NCBI GenBank assembly: GCA_965248195.1
Contig: CBDFIQ010000002.1
Location: forward strand, 1,568,001-1,632,000
Direction: 5' to 3'
Length of the DNA: 64,000 bases
DNA from: Longimicrobiales bacterium
GTDB lineage: Bacteria > Gemmatimonadota > Gemmatimonadetes > Longimicrobiales > Gaopeijiaceae
Positions 60,399-64,000 of the stretch are shown piece by piece. A program made the position numbers and the translations under genes. Position 1 is the stretch's first letter, and every line of letters begins with the position of its first letter. The notes under the pieces were generated by a model that ran no database searches, was not told the DNA's origin, and saw nothing but the letters and a program-made list of their open reading frames with translations.

Positions 60399-60866
60399 AT
60401 GTCGAAGGTTGTTCCGAAGCGTGTGACGGCTGAGATCGAGGGTGACTTCGTCGTCTTCCTTATCGGGATGCGAATCAACAAGCTCTGGAAGGTCCACAAG
60501 TGGCTCCCCGTCTTCCGAGCCATGCCCAGAATGATCCGCGAGCTCGAGCAGCGTCCTGAATCAGGGTTCCTCGGACACATCATGAGCCTTGGCGTGATCG
60601 TGCAGTATTGGCGGTCCTTTGACGACTTGGAGACATACGCCCGGAACGCCGACCAACTGCACTGGCCCGCCTGGGTCGACTTCAACAAGCGCATCGGCGG
60701 GAGTCGTGGCGACGTGGGTATCTGGCACGAGACGTACCGAGTCCGCGCTGGAGAGTACGAGTGCGTGTACAGCGGAATGCCACCCCTTGGTCTGGCGAAA
60801 GCGACCGCGACCACGGACGCCGTGGGCGAACTCGAGTCAGCACGGGGTCGGATCGAGCGTAACTGA
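60399..60866 (+). CDS. DUF4188 (monooxygenase-like) protein
   Basis: [36 protein letters not shown]. Confidence 0.88.
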   Translation: MSKVVPKRVTAEIEGDFVVFLIGMRINKLWKVHKWLPVFRAMPRMIRELEQRPESGFLGHIMSLGVIVQYWRSFDDLETYARNADQLHWPAWVDFNKRIGGSRGDVGIWHETYRVRAGEYECVYSGMPPLGLAKATATTDAVGELESARGRIERN

Positions 60867-60875
60867 GACGCTGAC

Positions 60876-61359
60876 TTGTTGATTCGTGCCGCTGTAACGG
60901 AGGACTCTGAGGCCATCTGGGGCATCTTCCACGAGGTAGTCTCGACTGGTGACACCTATGCCTACGCTCCTGACACTGGCCGAAGCGAAGCGCTGCGGCT
61001 TTGGATCGAGGAACCCCAATCGACCTACGTGGCGGTGGACGAGGGGGGAGTCGTTGGCACGTATTACCTGAAGCCCAATAAACCTGGGCTGGGCGCACAT
61101 GTGTGCAACGCGGCGTACATGGTTACGAGTCAAGCACGGGGCCAGGGCCTGGGACGCGCAATGTGCGAACACTCGATTGCCGAGGCACGCCGACTCGGCT
61201 ATCGGGGCGATGCAGTACAATCTGGTCGTGGCTACGAACGAAGGAGCTATCCGGCTCTGGGAGAGGTTGGGGTTCACGATCACCGGCAGATTGCCGGAGG
61301 CGTTTCGTCACGCCGAGCATGACTTCGTGGACGCAGTGGTGATGTACCGGCTGCTCTAA
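60876..61359 (+). pseudogene. GNAT acetyltransferase with a one-base insertion in a G run at 61204-61207
   Basis: ARGQGLGRAMCEHS...LGYR continues as AMQYNLVVATNEGAIRLWERLGF in the next frame. Confidence 0.8.
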
Positions 61360-61426
61360 GCCGTTCTCACCACCTGGATCCGACCTGAGGATGTGAGGGC
61401 GCCACGTAAACAGGAGGGTAGCCCCA

Positions 61427-62116
61427 GTGAAGCCTCGGCTAGCTGTGTTGGACATGGTCGGAACGACGGTCGAAGCAGGGCCGGAAGTGTCGGAAGCGTT
61501 CCGTGAGGCGTTCGGCCGGGTGGGGGTCACCCTCCCGGAGGACGCGATAGATGGGGTGCGTGGCCGGTCGAAGGAAGAGGCCGTTGCGGCGCTGGCCGCG
61601 GCCTATCTCCCTGAGCTGGATGACCCGACGAAGGCGGCTGGCGAGATCTTCTCGACGTTTCGTTCGATTCTCCTCGTCCGTTACGAGACGGGGTCGAGGC
61701 CGGTCTCAGGAGCTCGCGCCGTTATGGAAGATCTCAAGCGTCTTGGCGCTCACGTCGTTCTGACGACCGGCCTGGATCGAGAGACCGCGAATCGAATCCT
61801 GCGAAACCTCAGCTGGGAGTCCCTGGGTCTCAGCGGGGTCGTCACCGGCGACGATGTCGAACGAGGTCGCCCGGCACCTGACCTGATTCATGCGGCTATG
61901 GCGTTGGTCGGCGAGGACGAGTCGGCGTCCGTGTTGGTCGTGGGTGACACGATCTCGGATCTCGAGGCCGCCGCTCGGGCTGAAGCGGGCTGGAGTGTCG
62001 GCGTGCTCAGCGGCGCGCACAATCGATCGCAGCTGCAGAGTTGTCCACACTCGGTCATTCTCGAGAGCGTGGCCGAGCTTCCGGGCTGGTTAAATCAATC
62101 GGGCGCGTGGATCTGA
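61427..62116 (+). CDS. HAD hydrolase, phosphonatase-like
   Basis: LDMVGTTV, GRPAPDLI, VGDTISD, GVLSGAH. Confidence 0.85.
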   Translation: MKPRLAVLDMVGTTVEAGPEVSEAFREAFGRVGVTLPEDAIDGVRGRSKEEAVAALAAAYLPELDDPTKAAGEIFSTFRSILLVRYETGSRPVSGARAVMEDLKRLGAHVVLTTGLDRETANRILRNLSWESLGLSGVVTGDDVERGRPAPDLIHAAMALVGEDESASVLVVGDTISDLEAAARAEAGWSVGVLSGAHNRSQLQSCPHSVILESVAELPGWLNQSGAWI

Positions 62117-62141
62117 CAAAGCTCTCTGGCTAGGTCGACCA

Positions 62142-64000
62142 CTAAAGCTGAAGCAGCCGGTTGACCTTGATCACGAGCCCACGGTTCGACAGCTCGGACC
62201 ATCGGTCGAGCACGTCGGCGTTGCGATCCTCGGTGTACACGAGAAAGATCTCGCTACCGGGAGCCCACTCCCATCGCAGCCGAATGTTGGTGCTGAACGT
62301 ACCGCTCCCCGAGTTGTATTGGACGAGTCCGCTCAAGAAGGAACGGGGACTCAGGCTGTAGGTGATTCGCGTCCGGGCCACGTGCTGGTTGAACTGCCCG
62401 TCGAACGTTTGCAGCTCGGGCAGGTCAATCCAGTTGAACTCGAGGCTGGGCTCGAAGGATAGCTGCGGGAGGATCTCGATTCGGCCGCGGCTGAAGCCCA
62501 CCGACATGACGTCACCGGAGTAGAAGCTGCCCCTCGTCAACGAGAGGCTGCCCGAGGCTCGGCGATGGGGGCCGAAGAAATAGGTCAACTCTACGTCGCG
62601 GAAGGAGTACCGGCCTGCCGGCATCAGTGCACCGGAGACGCTCGTATCTTCGGTCAATCTCTCAAAGAGGTCCGTGAAGTTCACGGTCAGCCAATCGCTG
62701 TTCTCGAACTCGATCTCGAAGCGGCCCCCCCGACGCCGGCTCTCCAAGAATCCGAGCCGCTCGTTTTCTATGCGGCCTGCGACTCCGGCGAAGGTGAGCC
62801 GACGGATCGAGGGCACGGATGCGACACGGGGGGCGAACCGCCCGAACCAGTTGGTTTCGCGGAAATCGCTCCTCCGAACGAATCCGAGCTCGGGGTTGAA
62901 GTTTTCGCCGACCAGAACGTGATCCAGGGCCGCACTCCACACCTCTCCTCGATAACCGATCCTGGCTCGATAACTCTCCTCTTTGTCATCGAGTCCGTCG
63001 GTCCGGGTTTTCGCGTAATAGCCGAAGATATGAAGGTTTTCCAAGAAGACGAAATTCGCGTCGATGCCGTACGCCTGGTTGGATCCGCCCGGGGCCAGGG
63101 TGGAGTTCGAGCGATCCTCGTACAGGACGCCGACGCTGCTTCGGGCAAGGATGTCCCGACGAACCCTCAGCACGCTGAATGTTGTCGCTTCGGCGCCGAC
63201 GGCCGGCTCGTCCCCCGTCCGGATGCCGACGGCTCCAACCTGAAACGAACCGACCTTCCCGGTGACCCGACCGCCTCCGAGTATGGATACGGGAGCCCCA
63301 CTCTGGAGCCCGATCCGTCGGCTATAAAACAGCGTCGGAGCGCTTATGCTCCGTGCACCGCGTCCCCGGCCGGAGCTGCTGATGCTCGAACTTCCGGGAG
63401 GGCCACCGCCACCGCTGCCGCCTGGGCCTCTGCCACCGTTCCCGAACTCGAAGATCCCCCGACCCTCCAGAAAGAACTCTCTCTTTTCCGGGAAGAAGAG
63501 GTTGAAGCGGGTGAGGTTCACCTGCTGCTCGTCGACTTCCACCTGAGCGAAGTCGGTGTTGAGGGTGAAGTCAGCGGTCAGGTTTTCAGTAATTCCGTAC
63601 TTGACGTCGAGCCCGACGTCGGCGTAACCGTCGTTCGAAATCTGAGGATCTGCGGTCAGGTCCGTTTCGAGACCAGAGATCGCGTAGGGTTTGACCTCCA
63701 GGTTTTTACTCGGAGGCGGCGGCTCGATTCCCACGAGCGTGCCGTAACTCGATACACGTTGCGCCCCCGGAGGCCCGTTCCTGGCCACGGAAATCGGGAG
63801 GAAGGTGAGGTGGTTCCACTCGTTTCTCCGAACGATGGAGCGCCTCATCTGGATGCCCCAGACCTGGTCCCTCCCCCATCGGTAGCGGAGCGATCTGAAC
63901 GGGATCGCCATTTCAACCGTCCAGCCGCCGTCGAAACGACCCGTCCGGATCTCCGTGATGGGATTCCAGTCCGAGTTGGCGTCCTGTTCGTTCGTGATCT
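62142..64000 (-). CDS. DUF5916 / CBM9-like outer-membrane protein (5' end outside the window)
   Basis: GWTVEMAIPFRSLRY, NTDFAQVEVD, FFPEKREFFLEG, LFYSRRIG. Confidence 0.88.
   Translation of the reverse strand, partial: ITNEQDANSDWNPITEIRTGRFDGGWTVEMAIPFRSLRYRWGRDQVWGIQMRRSIVRRNEWNHLTFLPISVARNGPPGAQRVSSYGTLVGIEPPPPSKNLEVKPYAISGLETDLTADPQISNDGYADVGLDVKYGITENLTADFTLNTDFAQVEVDEQQVNLTRFNLFFPEKREFFLEGRGIFEFGNGGRGPGGSGGGGPPGSSSISSSGRGRGARSISAPTLFYSRRIGLQSGAPVSILGGGRVTGKVGSFQVGAVGIRTGDEPAVGAEATTFSVLRVRRDILARSSVGVLYEDRSNSTLAPGGSNQAYGIDANFVFLENLHIFGYYAKTRTDGLDDKEESYRARIGYRGEVWSAALDHVLVGENFNPELGFVRRSDFRETNWFGRFAPRVASVPSIRRLTFAGVAGRIENERLGFLESRRRGGRFEIEFENSDWLTVNFTDLFERLTEDTSVSGALMPAGRYSFRDVELTYFFGPHRRASGSLSLTRGSFYSGDVMSVGFSRGRIEILPQLSFEPSLEFNWIDLPELQTFDGQFNQHVARTRITYSLSPRSFLSGLVQYNSGSGTFSTNIRLRWEWAPGSEIFLVYTEDRNADVLDRWSELSNRGLVIKVNRLLQL

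Overview
High-GC bacterial chromosome segment. The gene repertoire (paired amidohydrolases, DUF5916, standalone plug-domain lipoprotein, a kinase N-terminal remnant) suggests Gemmatimonadota, which is an inference. Core blocks are lpxH/lptE, hemC-hldC-rph-rdgB-DUF971-hldD and an MscS/CLC ion-channel cluster. A selenium theme runs through the window: tRNA-Sec (selC), a selenocysteine formate dehydrogenase split at UGA in the ORF track, and a DUF411 metal-binding protein whose CxCC motif reads UGA-GGA-TGC-TGC with a SECIS-like hairpin behind it. The FDH converges on an oxc-like/frc/ADP-forming CoA ligase cluster, probably for oxalate or formyl-CoA catabolism. Accessory DNA includes two integrase-less mini-islands stacked in tRNA-Sec and a decayed island after tRNA-Pro (HEPN gene, attC site, AlbA_2 and GIY-YIG genes or fragments). 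It also includes two identical IS3-family copies whose true ends lie outside the TG..CA inverted repeats, and one IS256. Family assignments come from motif recognition only; no searches were run.
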